Assembly: GCA_038245905.1 (NCBI GenBank)
Contig: JBBRRY010000035.1
Location: 1 to 33,902, forward strand
Reading direction: 5' to 3'
Length of the DNA stretch: 33,902 nucleotides
Source: Thermoanaerobaculia bacterium
GTDB taxonomy: Bacteria > Acidobacteriota > Thermoanaerobaculia > UBA5066
In this document: in pieces, positions 8,205 through 20,403 of the stretch
Layout of the letters: each line of letters begins with the position of its first letter
How positions within the stretch are numbered: the first letter of the stretch is position 1
Position numbers and translations under genes: made by a program
Notes under the pieces: generated by a model
Seen by the model: the letters and a program-made list of their open reading frames with translations, nothing else
What the model was told of the DNA's origin: nothing
Database searches by the model: none

Positions 8205-8881
8205 GCGCCTCCCGCGACGAGCTCCGTGAATCCCGGCGTTCCCCGGAGGGTGGCGAGGTCGGTTTCGAGACGGGCCTGAATGCGATTCTGGTCGTCGGCA
8301 GCGATGGCCTTCCTCAGGCTTTGAAGCGCCTGGTCGACGTCTCCCTGAAGCGCGAAGCAGCAGGCCGTGAGGTAGTGGACGCGGCCGTCGCCGTCGCGGC
8401 GACCCGCGTTTCTGCGGAGGAGGTCGAGCGCCTTCTCGACGTTCCCGCGGTTCTTCTCGAACACGGCGGTGTGGTACAGCTCCTCTGGCTCGGCCGCCGC
8501 GGCGCCCTTCGTCTTCTTTCCGTTGCGGCACGCCCCGAGGTACATCCGCGCGCGGTCGAGGAATTCCTTTTCCTCGGGATGCTTCTCGATGAGGTCCTCG
8601 AAGCGCCGCGCGGCCTCGTCGAAGTGCCGCCTATGGAAGAGCTCGATCGCCTTCTCGTACTCCTTGCGCGCCGCCGAGTACTCGCGCACGGCCTCCTTTA
8701 GGGACGCGGGGGCCTTGCGCGCCTTTTCGGGCTCCAGCCCTCCGAGCTTCAGCTGCCGGATCTTCTTCTCGAGATCCTCGAGCGGCAGGCCGAGCTCTTT
8801 CGAGAGCGTTTGCATGTCCATCCGGCCGAAGTTCGCCTTCAGCCATTTGGCGTCGTCGTCGGTCCACTTTCGGACAGTCAT
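8201..8881 (-). CDS. TPR protein with an N-terminal Myb/SANT-like HTH (226 aa)
   Basis: SD GGAGG before ATG 8881; N-terminus RKWTDDDAKWLKANF...LSKELG...KIRQLKL; TPR helices ending VHYLTACCFALQGDVDQALQSLRKAI...ARLETDLATLRGTPGF; stop overlaps the glmU start (ATGA). Confidence 0.8.
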   Translation of the reverse strand: MTVRKWTDDDAKWLKANFGRMDMQTLSKELGLPLEDLEKKIRQLKLGGLEPEKARKAPASLKEAVREYSAARKEYEKAIELFHRRHFDEAARRFEDLIEKHPEEKEFLDRARMYLGACRNGKKTKGAAAAEPEELYHTAVFEKNRGNVEKALDLLRRNAGRRDGDGRVHYLTACCFALQGDVDQALQSLRKAIAADDQNRIQARLETDLATLRGTPGFTELVAGGA

Positions 8882-8935
8882 TGGAGCGGCCTCCCGGTGG
8901 GACCCGGGCTCAGGGAGCCCGGACAAGAACGGCGA

Positions 8936-8964
8936 ATTCTCGTCACGTCTTCTCCCCACGTCAA
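8936..8964 (-). promoter_or_regulatory. sigma70-type promoter for the TPR-glmU-glmS operon
   Basis: Minus strand TTGACG-N17-GAGAAT, about 55 nt upstream of ATG 8881. Confidence 0.6.
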
Positions 8965-9056
8965 GGCGCGCGGAATCAGGCCCGAAACGGCGCTTCCAGG
9001 GCCGAAAAAGGAAGCGTTCGGGCTCTTGCACCGAGGAAACGCGATAGCCTGACACC

Positions 9057-9572
9057 GTGTACGAGGCCCCGATCTTCTGCACGCAGTGCGCCGCCCCCCT
9101 CGAAGAGCAGGCTGTCGGCGTCTCTTCGAAGAAGGTGCCGGTCTGCGTCCGCTGCGGCGCCGTCCACTGGATCGACCCGAAAATCGCCGCGGGTATTCTC
9201 ATCGTGAGGGACGACCGCGTTCTCCTCGTGAAGCGTGCCATCGAGCCCGGATACGGCCGCTGGACGTTTCCCGGCGGTCACGTGGACCGCGGCGAGACGC
9301 TCGAGGAGGCGGCGCTCAGAGAGACTCTCGAAGAGTGCGGCGTCACGGCGGACCTTGGAGATCTCCTGGGCGCCTTCTCCTATCCGGGGAGGCCCGTCGT
9401 CATCGTGATCTACCGGGGAGCGATCGCGGTCGGCAGCCGCGAACCCCACGCGGGCGACGAGACCCTAGAGGTCGGCTGGTTCACTGCGGACGAGGCCGCG
9501 GGGCTGGAGCTCGCCTTTCGCTCGGTGGCTGACGGGCTCAGCCAGCTCTTCGGGCGGCCCTATTCGGCCTGA
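9057..9572 (+). CDS. Nudix hydrolase with an N-terminal zinc ribbon
   Basis: FCTQCAAPL...VCVRCG; Nudix box [23 protein letters not shown]. Confidence 0.9.
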   Translation: MYEAPIFCTQCAAPLEEQAVGVSSKKVPVCVRCGAVHWIDPKIAAGILIVRDDRVLLVKRAIEPGYGRWTFPGGHVDRGETLEEAALRETLEECGVTADLGDLLGAFSYPGRPVVIVIYRGAIAVGSREPHAGDETLEVGWFTADEAAGLELAFRSVADGLSQLFGRPYSA

Positions 9573-9645
9573 GGAACAAAGGGGCGTCTTCGAATCATCC
9601 ACACGCGGGTCCGCTCCCGTAGCACCAGGCATCGGAGGCTCGTTC

Positions 9646-10293
9646 ATGCACCGCAGTATTCGTTTTCTCGTCCCGCTCTTCGCCCTCGCCCTCTTCCTCT
9701 TCGCGGCCCTCGCGCGGGCGGACGAAGCGATCGTCGCCACGAAGGCGGCTCCCGCCGGCCTCGAGAAGGCCGCATTCGCGGGGGGCTGCTTCTGGTGCAT
9801 GCAGGGGCCTTACGACAGCCTGCCGGGCGTCGTCTCGACAACCGTGGGGTACACGGGCGGCGAGAAGGCGAACCCCACGTATCACGAAGTCGGTGCGGGG
9901 GGCAGCGGGCACATCGAGTCGATCGAGGTCGTCTTCGACCCGAAAAAGGTCTCCTACGAGAAGCTCCTCGACGTCTTCTGGCACAACGTCGATCCCACGA
10001 ATCCGTCCGGGCAGTTCTGCGACAACGGCTCGCAGTACCGCACCGCGATCTTCTTCGAGAGCGACGCGCAGAGGGCCGCGGCCGAAACCTCGAAGAAGGC
10101 GCTCGCGGCGTCGGGAGTCCTGAAAAAGCCCATCGTCACGGAGATCGTCAAGGCCGGAACGTTCTGGAAGGCCGAGGAATACCACCAGAGCTATTACAAG
10201 AAGAACCCGATCCGCTACAACTTCTACCGGTCGGGCTGCGGCCGCGACGCGCGCCTCAAAGAGATCTGGGGCGACGCCGCTCGGAAGCACTGA
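9646..10293 (+). CDS. msrA: Peptide-methionine (S)-S-oxide reductase, exported
   Basis: FAGGCFWC, GYTGG, GSQYRTAIF, AEEYHQSYY; N-terminal signal peptide ending ALARA; SD GGAGG. Confidence 0.95.
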   Translation: MHRSIRFLVPLFALALFLFAALARADEAIVATKAAPAGLEKAAFAGGCFWCMQGPYDSLPGVVSTTVGYTGGEKANPTYHEVGAGGSGHIESIEVVFDPKKVSYEKLLDVFWHNVDPTNPSGQFCDNGSQYRTAIFFESDAQRAAAETSKKALAASGVLKKPIVTEIVKAGTFWKAEEYHQSYYKKNPIRYNFYRSGCGRDARLKEIWGDAARKH

Positions 10294-10370
10294 GCTCGCG
10301 GGAACGGGAACATCAGCTTCGGGAGAGAACGCTTCATCACAGGAGGTGGCGGCGCTCCGCTCCTTGTGGA

Positions 10371-13055
<2,685 letters not shown>

Positions 13056-13157
13056 GCTGGTTGCACGGGATTCTAGCCGCGAGCGGATCGCCGGCGACCT
13101 GCGCGCCCCCTCTCGCTGAGCTCGGCCCTGGGTCGGCGGTCGACCGGGGCGCACCGC

Positions 13158-13583
13158 CTACTTGATGTAGTAGCCGGAAACCCTCCAGGTGCCGTCCTTG
13201 TCGCGCATGGGCGTGACGGTCTCGATCGCGGCGGCCTTGTTTTCGAACTGTGTTTCGAACTGAATGACGACGTACTCGCCATCCGGGGCGCCGGGAAGCG
13301 TGCGCGAGAAGGCGGCCGACCTGACCTTTCGGGCCTTCATCGCGCCGAGAGGCGCGCGGACGCCCTTGACGGCCTTCTCCCAGTCGGCTTTCGTGACGGC
13401 GCCCCTGAACATGGACGCGGCTTCGTCCCAGCTCTGACCGTACTTCGCGCCATCCGTGAGCGCAAGCCAGCTCCTGGCTGCAGCCTGGGCCTGCGAGACG
13501 GCATTGCTGTCGTCCGCGGACGTCGAGAATCCGATGAGAATGAGGATTGCGGCGGAAACGGCACCGAGGATCTTCATCTTCAT
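13158..13583 (-). CDS. DUF4019-like exported protein
   Basis: Signal peptide; AAARSWLALTD, RAPLG, LPGAPDGEYVVIQFETQFENK, WRVSGYYI; SD AAGGAG. Confidence 0.85.
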   Translation of the reverse strand: MKMKILGAVSAAILILIGFSTSADDSNAVSQAQAAARSWLALTDGAKYGQSWDEAASMFRGAVTKADWEKAVKGVRAPLGAMKARKVRSAAFSRTLPGAPDGEYVVIQFETQFENKAAAIETVTPMRDKDGTWRVSGYYIK

Positions 13584-13597
13584 GGTGATCTCCTTCT

Positions 13598-14413
13598 TCA
13601 GGGTTTCCCGGGCAGCCGCGTCTTCGAGAAGAGCGCGGCGCCGAGTTTAACCGGCACGGAGCGTGGCACGAGGCGGCCGGCCGCGATCCAGGCGCGATCG
13701 AGAAAGTGCGTCACGACGTACGCCTTCTTCTTCTCGAGCGCCTCGAGGCCGATCTTCGCGACTGCGTCGGGCGTCATCTCGGGGAAGACGGACGATTCGG
13801 CGCCGCGCATGCCCGCCACGTTGTAGAAATTGGTCTTCGTGTAGCCCGGGCACAGGCACGTCACGGTGACGCCGTCCTTCTTCGCCTCTTCGTGGAGCGC
13901 ATGCGAGAACGACAGGATGAACGCCTTGCTGGCCGCGTACGCCGCGAGATAGGGACAGGGCAGGAACGCCGTCGTCGAGGCCACGTTCAGGATGCCGCCC
14001 GCGCGCCGCGCGCGCATGGCCACGAGGAAGCGGTGCGTGAGCTCGGCCGTCGCGACGACGTTGAGCTGCAGCATCGAGAGCACGCGAGGAAGAGGCAGCT
14101 CGGCCTCGGGGCCGTTCAGGGCGAAGCCCGCGTTGTTCACGAGAATTGAGACGGGCTTTCCCGCGCCCTCCGTTGCGGCGAAGAGCGCGTCACGCCCCTC
14201 CGGTGCGCCGAGATCGGCGGCGAGAAACGACGCTTCGATCCCGTTCGCCTTCGCAAGGTCTTCGGCGAGACGCGAGAGGATGTCGGCCCGGCGCGCCACG
14301 AGGAAGAGATCGCGACCCGATTCCGCGAGCAGGCGCGCGAGCGAGACGCCGATGCCCGAGGACGCCCCCGTGACGACGGCGAGGCCCCTGTCCGCGACGC
14401 CTCTCGGCGTCAC
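13598..14413 (-). CDS. SDR-family NAD(P)-dependent oxidoreductase
   Basis: VTGASSGIG, LVNNAG, YAASK; GTG start overlaps the upstream stop (GTGA). Confidence 0.92.
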   Translation of the reverse strand: MTPRGVADRGLAVVTGASSGIGVSLARLLAESGRDLFLVARRADILSRLAEDLAKANGIEASFLAADLGAPEGRDALFAATEGAGKPVSILVNNAGFALNGPEAELPLPRVLSMLQLNVVATAELTHRFLVAMRARRAGGILNVASTTAFLPCPYLAAYAASKAFILSFSHALHEEAKKDGVTVTCLCPGYTKTNFYNVAGMRGAESSVFPEMTPDAVAKIGLEALEKKKAYVVTHFLDRAWIAAGRLVPRSVPVKLGAALFSKTRLPGKP

Positions 14414-15315
14414 GAGGTGCCTCGCGGCATGTGGACCACTTCCGACACCCGGTAGCCGAGCAGGGTCCTTAGGACGCGTGCGGGAGCGAACAGATCGAGA
14501 CTCGGAGACGGAGCCGGGGACGGCAGAACCGAGAGAACGAGCGGCGGACCGCCCGCCGCGAGGACAGTGTAAACGCCGAACCAGTTGCGCGCGCCGACGG
14601 CCTTCACGCGCGCCTCGTTCCCGTCCACGCGCAGCAAGAAGTCGGACTCCACGTCCCGCGTCCAGAGATGCGAACGGCCGGACGCGGCTTCGCCAGAAAG
14701 CTGGAGAGCGCGCTTCAGGAGCGACACGGCGGGATCGCGCAGCGCTCTCGAAGACAGCGAGAACGGCACCGCCGCGTGTCCCGCGGCCTTCAGCTCGGCG
14801 AACGTGTTCGGCGAGATCCAGATGGCCGACGATCCCGCGATCGTCGCCATTCCCTCCGGCCAGAGGCCGGGCAGCAGAAATTCGGTGGCCGTCGCGAAGT
14901 CGGGAAAAAAGAGCGTACCGCTCACTTCCTTCGACTCGTACGCGGCGGGCGGAGCGGGAATCGGCGTGGCGCCCCGCGCCGCGTTCGCCTGCACGCGCAC
15001 CCAGTCCTCTCGCCGGTGCGCGGACTCGCGCTTTTCGATGCGCACGCGGCCCGACCACCGGAGCCTCAGCCCAGACTTGCCGATCTCGAGGACTTCGACC
15101 TCGCGGCGCGTCGACTCCGGTACGTCCCCGCCCTCGACGCCGGGAAGGTTCGGATCGAGGGCGAGAACGAGGCCGGCCACGAGCGGCAGATCGCTGAGAC
15201 GCGCGGGCCGGGGAGACGACGCGGCGGGCGCCGGCTTCTCCTCTCGCGCCCCGGGGGAGCAGGAGAGCGCGAAAGCCGCGACGAGAGCCGAAGCAGCGCG
15301 GTGCGGCGCACGCAT
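14410..15315 (-). CDS. Hypothetical lipoprotein
   Basis: Lipobox-like FALS-C after a hydrophobic stretch; tightly packed between its neighbours. Confidence 0.65.
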   Translation of the reverse strand: MRAPHRAASALVAAFALSCSPGAREEKPAPAASSPRPARLSDLPLVAGLVLALDPNLPGVEGGDVPESTRREVEVLEIGKSGLRLRWSGRVRIEKRESAHRREDWVRVQANAARGATPIPAPPAAYESKEVSGTLFFPDFATATEFLLPGLWPEGMATIAGSSAIWISPNTFAELKAAGHAAVPFSLSSRALRDPAVSLLKRALQLSGEAASGRSHLWTRDVESDFLLRVDGNEARVKAVGARNWFGVYTVLAAGGPPLVLSVLPSPAPSPSLDLFAPARVLRTLLGYRVSEVVHMPRGTS

Positions 15316-15319
15316 GAAG

Positions 15320-16153
15320 CTAACGGTTTGCCGTGTCGTTGAGCCGCTCGTCCAGCGGGATCGGGAAGACCTGGGTCGCGTTGATCTTCTCGCGCTGCGC
15401 CCGGAAGCGATTCAACGAATTCACGAGGCGAAAGTCCCCGGAGACCGTCGAAGGCACCTCGCGCTCGAACTCCGCGCGGAAGTCGATGAGGATCCGAGAC
15501 AGCCCGGCCTTCGTCGAGGGCGCCTTCCAGTCCACGTTCCTCGGGTTGGCGAGAAAGGCGCGCGCGGCCTCGTCGAGACGGGAGTCGAGATCGGCGGGCT
15601 CCCACGGTTCCTTCCGGAGGGGCGGCCCGCCCCTCCGCGCCTTCACGAGGGCGAAGTGGATGCGCGCATCGGTGAAGCGCCGGGTCGCGATCGCCGTCAT
15701 CGCGTTCAGGGAAAGGGCCCGGCCCCCCACGAGGTAGGCCGTCTCCGAGTCGAATTTGTGCGCAAGATCCCTGAGGTTCGCGGGCCGGTTGAATCTCAGG
15801 ACGCCGCGCAGCGCGCAGGCGTTGTGCGCATTGATCCAGTAGGCGAGGCGGTCCGGCTCGGTCGGAAAGAGATGGGGGTGAGAGTCCGGCGAGACCCGCG
15901 CGACCTCCGCGAGGTACTCCTCGAGCAGCGGCTCGTCCACGGAAACTCCCGCGTAGTCCACGAGGCCGTCGGTCACGACCTTCTCGAGAAGGCGCGCGAA
16001 GAGACCGTGGGGGAACTTTCCGGCGGAAGGGACGTCCGCGGCCGGTTTGACGGAAGGCTTCACGACTTCGCATGACGCGCCCGGAAGGACGACGGAGATC
16101 ACGGTCAGAACAACGAGTGGGGTGAGACGCCCGCAAGCGACGTTCGGTTTCAT
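15320..16153 (-). CDS. DUF547-like protein, probable lipoprotein
   Basis: DGLVDY, LAYWINAHNA, DARIHFAL; signal-like N-terminus ending GAS-C. Confidence 0.8.
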   Translation of the reverse strand: MKPNVACGRLTPLVVLTVISVVLPGASCEVVKPSVKPAADVPSAGKFPHGLFARLLEKVVTDGLVDYAGVSVDEPLLEEYLAEVARVSPDSHPHLFPTEPDRLAYWINAHNACALRGVLRFNRPANLRDLAHKFDSETAYLVGGRALSLNAMTAIATRRFTDARIHFALVKARRGGPPLRKEPWEPADLDSRLDEAARAFLANPRNVDWKAPSTKAGLSRILIDFRAEFEREVPSTVSGDFRLVNSLNRFRAQREKINATQVFPIPLDERLNDTANR

Positions 16154-16160
16154 GTCGCGT

Positions 16161-16961
16161 TCAGCCGATGACGTCTTCGGTCCCGTCGACGCCGAGGACG
16201 TTTCCGCTCAGCCAGACGGTGTCGGGCCTCGAAAGAGCGACGATCACCCGCGCGACGTCGTCAGGCGTCGTGAGGCGTCCCGCCGGGTGGATCGCGAGGC
16301 AGCGTTCGATCATCGCGGCGTTGTCGGGAATCTTGCGCAGGGCGGGCGTGTCCGTGACACCCGCGCGAATCGCGTTCACGGCGATCTTCCTCGTGACGAG
16401 CTCGACCGCGAGCTGGCGGCAGTGACTCTCGAGCGCCGCCTTGGCAGCCGACACCGCGCCGTAGGACTTCCAGATACGATGGCCTCCGGCCGACGTCATC
16501 GCGAAGACGTGCCCGCCCTCGGCGAGTAGGCCGGCCGCGAGGAGGTCCTGCACCCAGTACACGAGGGAGTGCGCCATGACGTCCAGCGTCATGTCCATCT
16601 GCGCTTTCGAGATCCGGTCGCCGGCCTCGGGAGCCAGGAACGGCTTCAGCGTTCCGAACGCGAGGGAATGCAGGACCACGTCGATTCCGGCGCGCCTTCC
16701 CTCGCCGTCGAGGACGCCCACCATTGCCGCGAGTGCTTCGGCCCTCTTTTCGTCGTCCGCGGCGTTCATGTTGAAGAACACGGCCCGGCTGCCCGCCGTC
16801 TCGATTTCCTTCGTGATGCGCTCGACGTTCGGCTGCGTCGCCCGGCGATCGAGGTGAACGCCGAAGACATTGCGACCCGCCCGGGCGAGCGCAAGGGACA
16901 CGCCCTCGCCGAAACCCGAGGAGGCGCCGAGAACGAGGGCCCAGTTACGCGGCGTCGTCAT
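16161..16961 (-). CDS. Enoyl-ACP reductase-like SDR (FabL/FabI type)
   Basis: LGASSGFG; Yx6K motif YGAVSAAK; VNAIRAGVTDTPALRKIP. Confidence 0.8.
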   Translation of the reverse strand: MTTPRNWALVLGASSGFGEGVSLALARAGRNVFGVHLDRRATQPNVERITKEIETAGSRAVFFNMNAADDEKRAEALAAMVGVLDGEGRRAGIDVVLHSLAFGTLKPFLAPEAGDRISKAQMDMTLDVMAHSLVYWVQDLLAAGLLAEGGHVFAMTSAGGHRIWKSYGAVSAAKAALESHCRQLAVELVTRKIAVNAIRAGVTDTPALRKIPDNAAMIERCLAIHPAGRLTTPDDVARVIVALSRPDTVWLSGNVLGVDGTEDVIG

Positions 16962-16987
16962 GCGCCGAATCCTAACCTACCGGGGCG

Positions 16988-18907
16988 TCAGGGGAAGTAG
17001 CCGCGGATCGTCTTGGCGCGCAGCTTCGGGTTCTTGAGCTTCACCTCGATCGCGCGGAACTGATTCTCGCCCTTCGACGAGCTCGTGAGGTACCGGAGGA
17101 AGTACTGCGAGCGGAGCTCTGTTTCGATCTTCCGGTAGACGTTGGCGAGCGCGGACGCCTTCCCGATGAAGAACGCCTCGGCCCCCGTGTCGGCGGCGAG
17201 CTCGGTCATCTTCGACTTGATTCCCATGTCGAGGAACGAGAGGTTCAACCCGATGAAGTAGACCGGCACGCCGGCCGCGCGCGCGTAACGGCGCAGCGTC
17301 GGGTAGTCCGTCCAGGAGTGGTTGTCGTCGCCGTCCGTCAGGACGACGATCGCCTTCCGGCCCGGCAGAGCGCGGAACTGGTAGAGGGCCATCACGACGG
17401 CGTCGTAGAGCGCGGTCCCGCCGGACGCGCGCGTCTCGGCGATCGCACGCTCGAGATCGACGGACTTGTGCGTGAGGGCCGCGAGGAGGGTGGGCTTCTC
17501 CCGGAACTCGATCACGAAGCCCTGGTCCTTCTCCTTCGAGACGAGCTTCTGCGCGAACTCCGACGCCGCCTGGTGCACGAGCGGCATCGCCTCCCTCATC
17601 GACCCCGAGCCGTCGATGACGATCCCGAGCGAGAGGGGAAGCGACTCGGCGAACTCGAAGCTCGAGAGGTCCTGCTTGACCGAGTCCTCGAGGACCGTGA
17701 ACTCCTCGCGCGGGAGGTCCTTCACGAGCCGCCCGTCGGAATCGAAGACCGAGACCGGAAGCTCGACGAGGTTCACCTCGACCTTCGACATGAAGCGCGA
17801 CTCGCCCTTCAGGAGCTTGAGGTCCGTGAATTCCTTTCCTTCCGCGTCCGTCGCGGTCGCCCGCATGAGCGTGGCTCTCTGGATATTCGCGACGGGCACG
17901 GTGACGGTGAACGGCGGCTCCGTCCACTCCTTGAGCATCGTGTCGTCCAGCCAGAGCTGGAGCTTCTTCGCTTCCCCGCCCGCGATGGACTGGAGCGCGA
18001 CCTTCAGCTCCACCGTATCGCCCGCGGACTTCTGCTTCGGGAGCTCCAGGATGCGCACGGCGAGGCGGGAGTCCTTCTCGTTGATGGCCCACGCGTCGGC
18101 GTCCACGAAGTTGCCCTGCACGTCGAAGCCGAGGACTTTGAGCGTCTGCTTCTTTGGGATCTTCCCGAGGTCGAGCTCGACCGTGTAGGGTGGGCGGTTC
18201 TTGACGAGGATCTTCTTGTCCTCGAGGTAGAACTCGACGCGCCTCACGGGCTCCTTGACCTCGCACTCGATTCGGAGGAGGCCGACCGGCACCTCCTGCG
18301 TCGGCGCGAGAATCTTCACGAGGCCCGTGGCGTTCGGACCGGTGAGCGGCCGGTTCTCGGCCTCGAGGACGACGGCCGCCGCGCTCGGCATGGCCGCCGC
18401 GTCGCCACCCGCGTCTTCGGCGCGGAACTCGGCCGACATCGCGGGAACCGTGAGCGAGATCGCGCGGGTGCCGAGGAGCCGGCCAGCGACGCCCTCCAGC
18501 CGGAATTGGAGGCTCCACGTTCCGGGCGGCAGGGCGCGGAGGAACGTGATCGCGACGGGCTTCGAGGCGCTCGTCACGTCGGAATTCGAGAGGTCGATGT
18601 CGACGGGGACGCGGAAGGTCTCGACGGCCTCTCCCTTGTCGTTCGAGACGTCGCACGCGAGAAAGAACGAGTAAACGCGGGGCTGTGCGTTTCCCGCCCC
18701 CCGGAGGTCGCCCCGACTGACCGAAAGCACGAACTTGACCGCGGTCTTCTCGCCCGTGCGGCCGAGGTACTGCTCGCGAACGTCGATCGGGATCGAGACC
18801 CCCGGCGCGCCGATCCGGCTCTTCTGGGCGTCCGCTGGAGGCGCCGTCTGCCCGAAGGCTGCCGCCGAGAGCCCGAGAATCAGGCTGCCGAGGAGTCTCT
18901 TTCGCAT
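16988..18907 (-). CDS. Exported VWA-domain protein (acidobacterial VWFA-like) with Ig-like domains
   Basis: Signal peptide MRKRLLGSLILGLSAAAFG; MIDAS DGSGS, GGTALYDA, VVLTDGDD, ELRSQY. Confidence 0.88.
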   Translation of the reverse strand: MRKRLLGSLILGLSAAAFGQTAPPADAQKSRIGAPGVSIPIDVREQYLGRTGEKTAVKFVLSVSRGDLRGAGNAQPRVYSFFLACDVSNDKGEAVETFRVPVDIDLSNSDVTSASKPVAITFLRALPPGTWSLQFRLEGVAGRLLGTRAISLTVPAMSAEFRAEDAGGDAAAMPSAAAVVLEAENRPLTGPNATGLVKILAPTQEVPVGLLRIECEVKEPVRRVEFYLEDKKILVKNRPPYTVELDLGKIPKKQTLKVLGFDVQGNFVDADAWAINEKDSRLAVRILELPKQKSAGDTVELKVALQSIAGGEAKKLQLWLDDTMLKEWTEPPFTVTVPVANIQRATLMRATATDAEGKEFTDLKLLKGESRFMSKVEVNLVELPVSVFDSDGRLVKDLPREEFTVLEDSVKQDLSSFEFAESLPLSLGIVIDGSGSMREAMPLVHQAASEFAQKLVSKEKDQGFVIEFREKPTLLAALTHKSVDLERAIAETRASGGTALYDAVVMALYQFRALPGRKAIVVLTDGDDNHSWTDYPTLRRYARAAGVPVYFIGLNLSFLDMGIKSKMTELAADTGAEAFFIGKASALANVYRKIETELRSQYFLRYLTSSSKGENQFRAIEVKLKNPKLRAKTIRGYFP

Positions 18908-18963
18908 GGCGCCATCGTATGCTGTCTTTCTCAAGCGACACTTCTCCCGTCCGGAGGCCTCCA

Positions 18964-20397
18964 ATGCAATTTCCTTTCCGCCGTCCCGCGGCCCTCGCCG
19001 GCCTCGGCCTCGCCCTTGCCCTCACCCTCGCGGCGGCCCCGGCGGCCCCCGCCGACACCGACGCGTTCGTCGACGCAAACGCCGGCCGGTGGGAGGAGGT
19101 CTCCCGGAAGATCTGGGAGTACGCGGAGACGGCTCTCAAGGAGACGAAGTCGGCCGCGCTCCTCGAAGAGATCCTCGAGAAGGAGGGCTTCGCCCTGACG
19201 CGGGGCGTAGCCGGAATGCCGACAGCGTTCGTCGCGAGCGCGGGGTCAGGCGCCCCCGTCGTCGCGGTTCTCGCCGAGTACGACGCGCTGCCTGGCCTTT
19301 CGCAGGTGGCGGGCGCTTCGAAGAAAACGCCGCTCGTCGCGGGCGCGCCCGGCCACGGCTGCGGCCATAACCTCCTCGGGACGGCCGCCGTGGCCGCCGC
19401 CGTCGCCGCGAACCGCGCGCGGATCACCGGAAAGCTCCCCGGCACGATCCGCGTCTTCGGGACGCCCGCCGAAGAGCAGATCCTCGGCAAGAGTTTCATG
19501 CTCCGGGACGGCGCCTTCGACGGCACCGACGCTGTCCTCTCCTGGCATCCCGAGCAGGCGAACTACGTCTATACGGGGCGCCGCCTCGCGATCACCGCCG
19601 TGGACGTCGAGTTTTTCGGGAAGACCGCGCACGCCGCCGCGAACCCATGGCTCGGCCGCAGCTCTCTCGACGCGGTCGAGGTGTTCGAGCACGCGATGTC
19701 GCTCATGCGCGAGCACGTCCTCCCGACCGCGCGCCTCCACCGCGTCGTGAAGGACGGCGGACTCGCCGCGAACATCATCCCGGACTATGCGCGCGTCCAG
19801 TGGTTCGTCCGCGACGAGAACGGCGACCGCGTGAACGAGATGATGGGCCGCCTTCGGAAGGCCGCCGAGGGCGCGGCCCTCGCGACGGAGACGACGGCGA
19901 AGGTCACGCTCCTCGCCTCGACGCGGAACCCGCTCTACAACGAAGCCCTCTCGAAAGTCGTCCAGCGGAATCTCGAGCGCGTCGGCGCGCCGAAGTGGGA
20001 CGCGGCGGACCAGGCGCTCGCGAATGCGATCCAGAAGGAGGTCGGCATCGCCGAGACGGGTCTTGCGGACGCGGTTCTGCCGTGGGCGCCCGGCCGAGGC
20101 AGCGGCGCGTCCTCGGACGTCGGCGAGGTCAGCGCGGCGATTCCGCTCGCCGAGCTCGCCGTCCAGGCCGGGCCGAGCGGCGCGCCGTGGCACCACTGGG
20201 ACGTGGCGTCATGCGCCGCGAATCCGATGGGCGTCAAGGGAATGCTCGTCGCCGCGAAGATCCTCGCGTCTTCGATGACGGATCTCATGAAAGATCCCGC
20301 GACGGTCGCGGCAGCGAAGGCTGAGCTCCAGAAGACGACGGGCGGCAAGCCTTACGTCAGCCCGCTGGCAAGGGACGCGGTCCCGAAGACGTATTGA
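18964..20397 (+). CDS. M20-family amidohydrolase (AbgB-like) with a signal peptide
   Basis: AEYDALPGLSQ, GHGCGHNLLG, GTPAEE, SWHP, SSDVGEVS. Confidence 0.9.
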   Translation: MQFPFRRPAALAGLGLALALTLAAAPAAPADTDAFVDANAGRWEEVSRKIWEYAETALKETKSAALLEEILEKEGFALTRGVAGMPTAFVASAGSGAPVVAVLAEYDALPGLSQVAGASKKTPLVAGAPGHGCGHNLLGTAAVAAAVAANRARITGKLPGTIRVFGTPAEEQILGKSFMLRDGAFDGTDAVLSWHPEQANYVYTGRRLAITAVDVEFFGKTAHAAANPWLGRSSLDAVEVFEHAMSLMREHVLPTARLHRVVKDGGLAANIIPDYARVQWFVRDENGDRVNEMMGRLRKAAEGAALATETTAKVTLLASTRNPLYNEALSKVVQRNLERVGAPKWDAADQALANAIQKEVGIAETGLADAVLPWAPGRGSGASSDVGEVSAAIPLAELAVQAGPSGAPWHHWDVASCAANPMGVKGMLVAAKILASSMTDLMKDPATVAAAKAELQKTTGGKPYVSPLARDAVPKTY

Positions 20398-20403
20398 CGG
20401 ACC

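Noticed and set aside
9573-9645. ECF-sigma-like promoter (CATCC...CGTA) upstream of msrA
   Set aside because: Single short instance that cannot be tied to a defined ECF group by eye
10328-10370. Imperfect inverted repeat CACAGGAG...CTCCTTGTG between convergent msrA and kinase
   Set aside because: Possibly a terminator, but the stem is imperfect and has no U-tract
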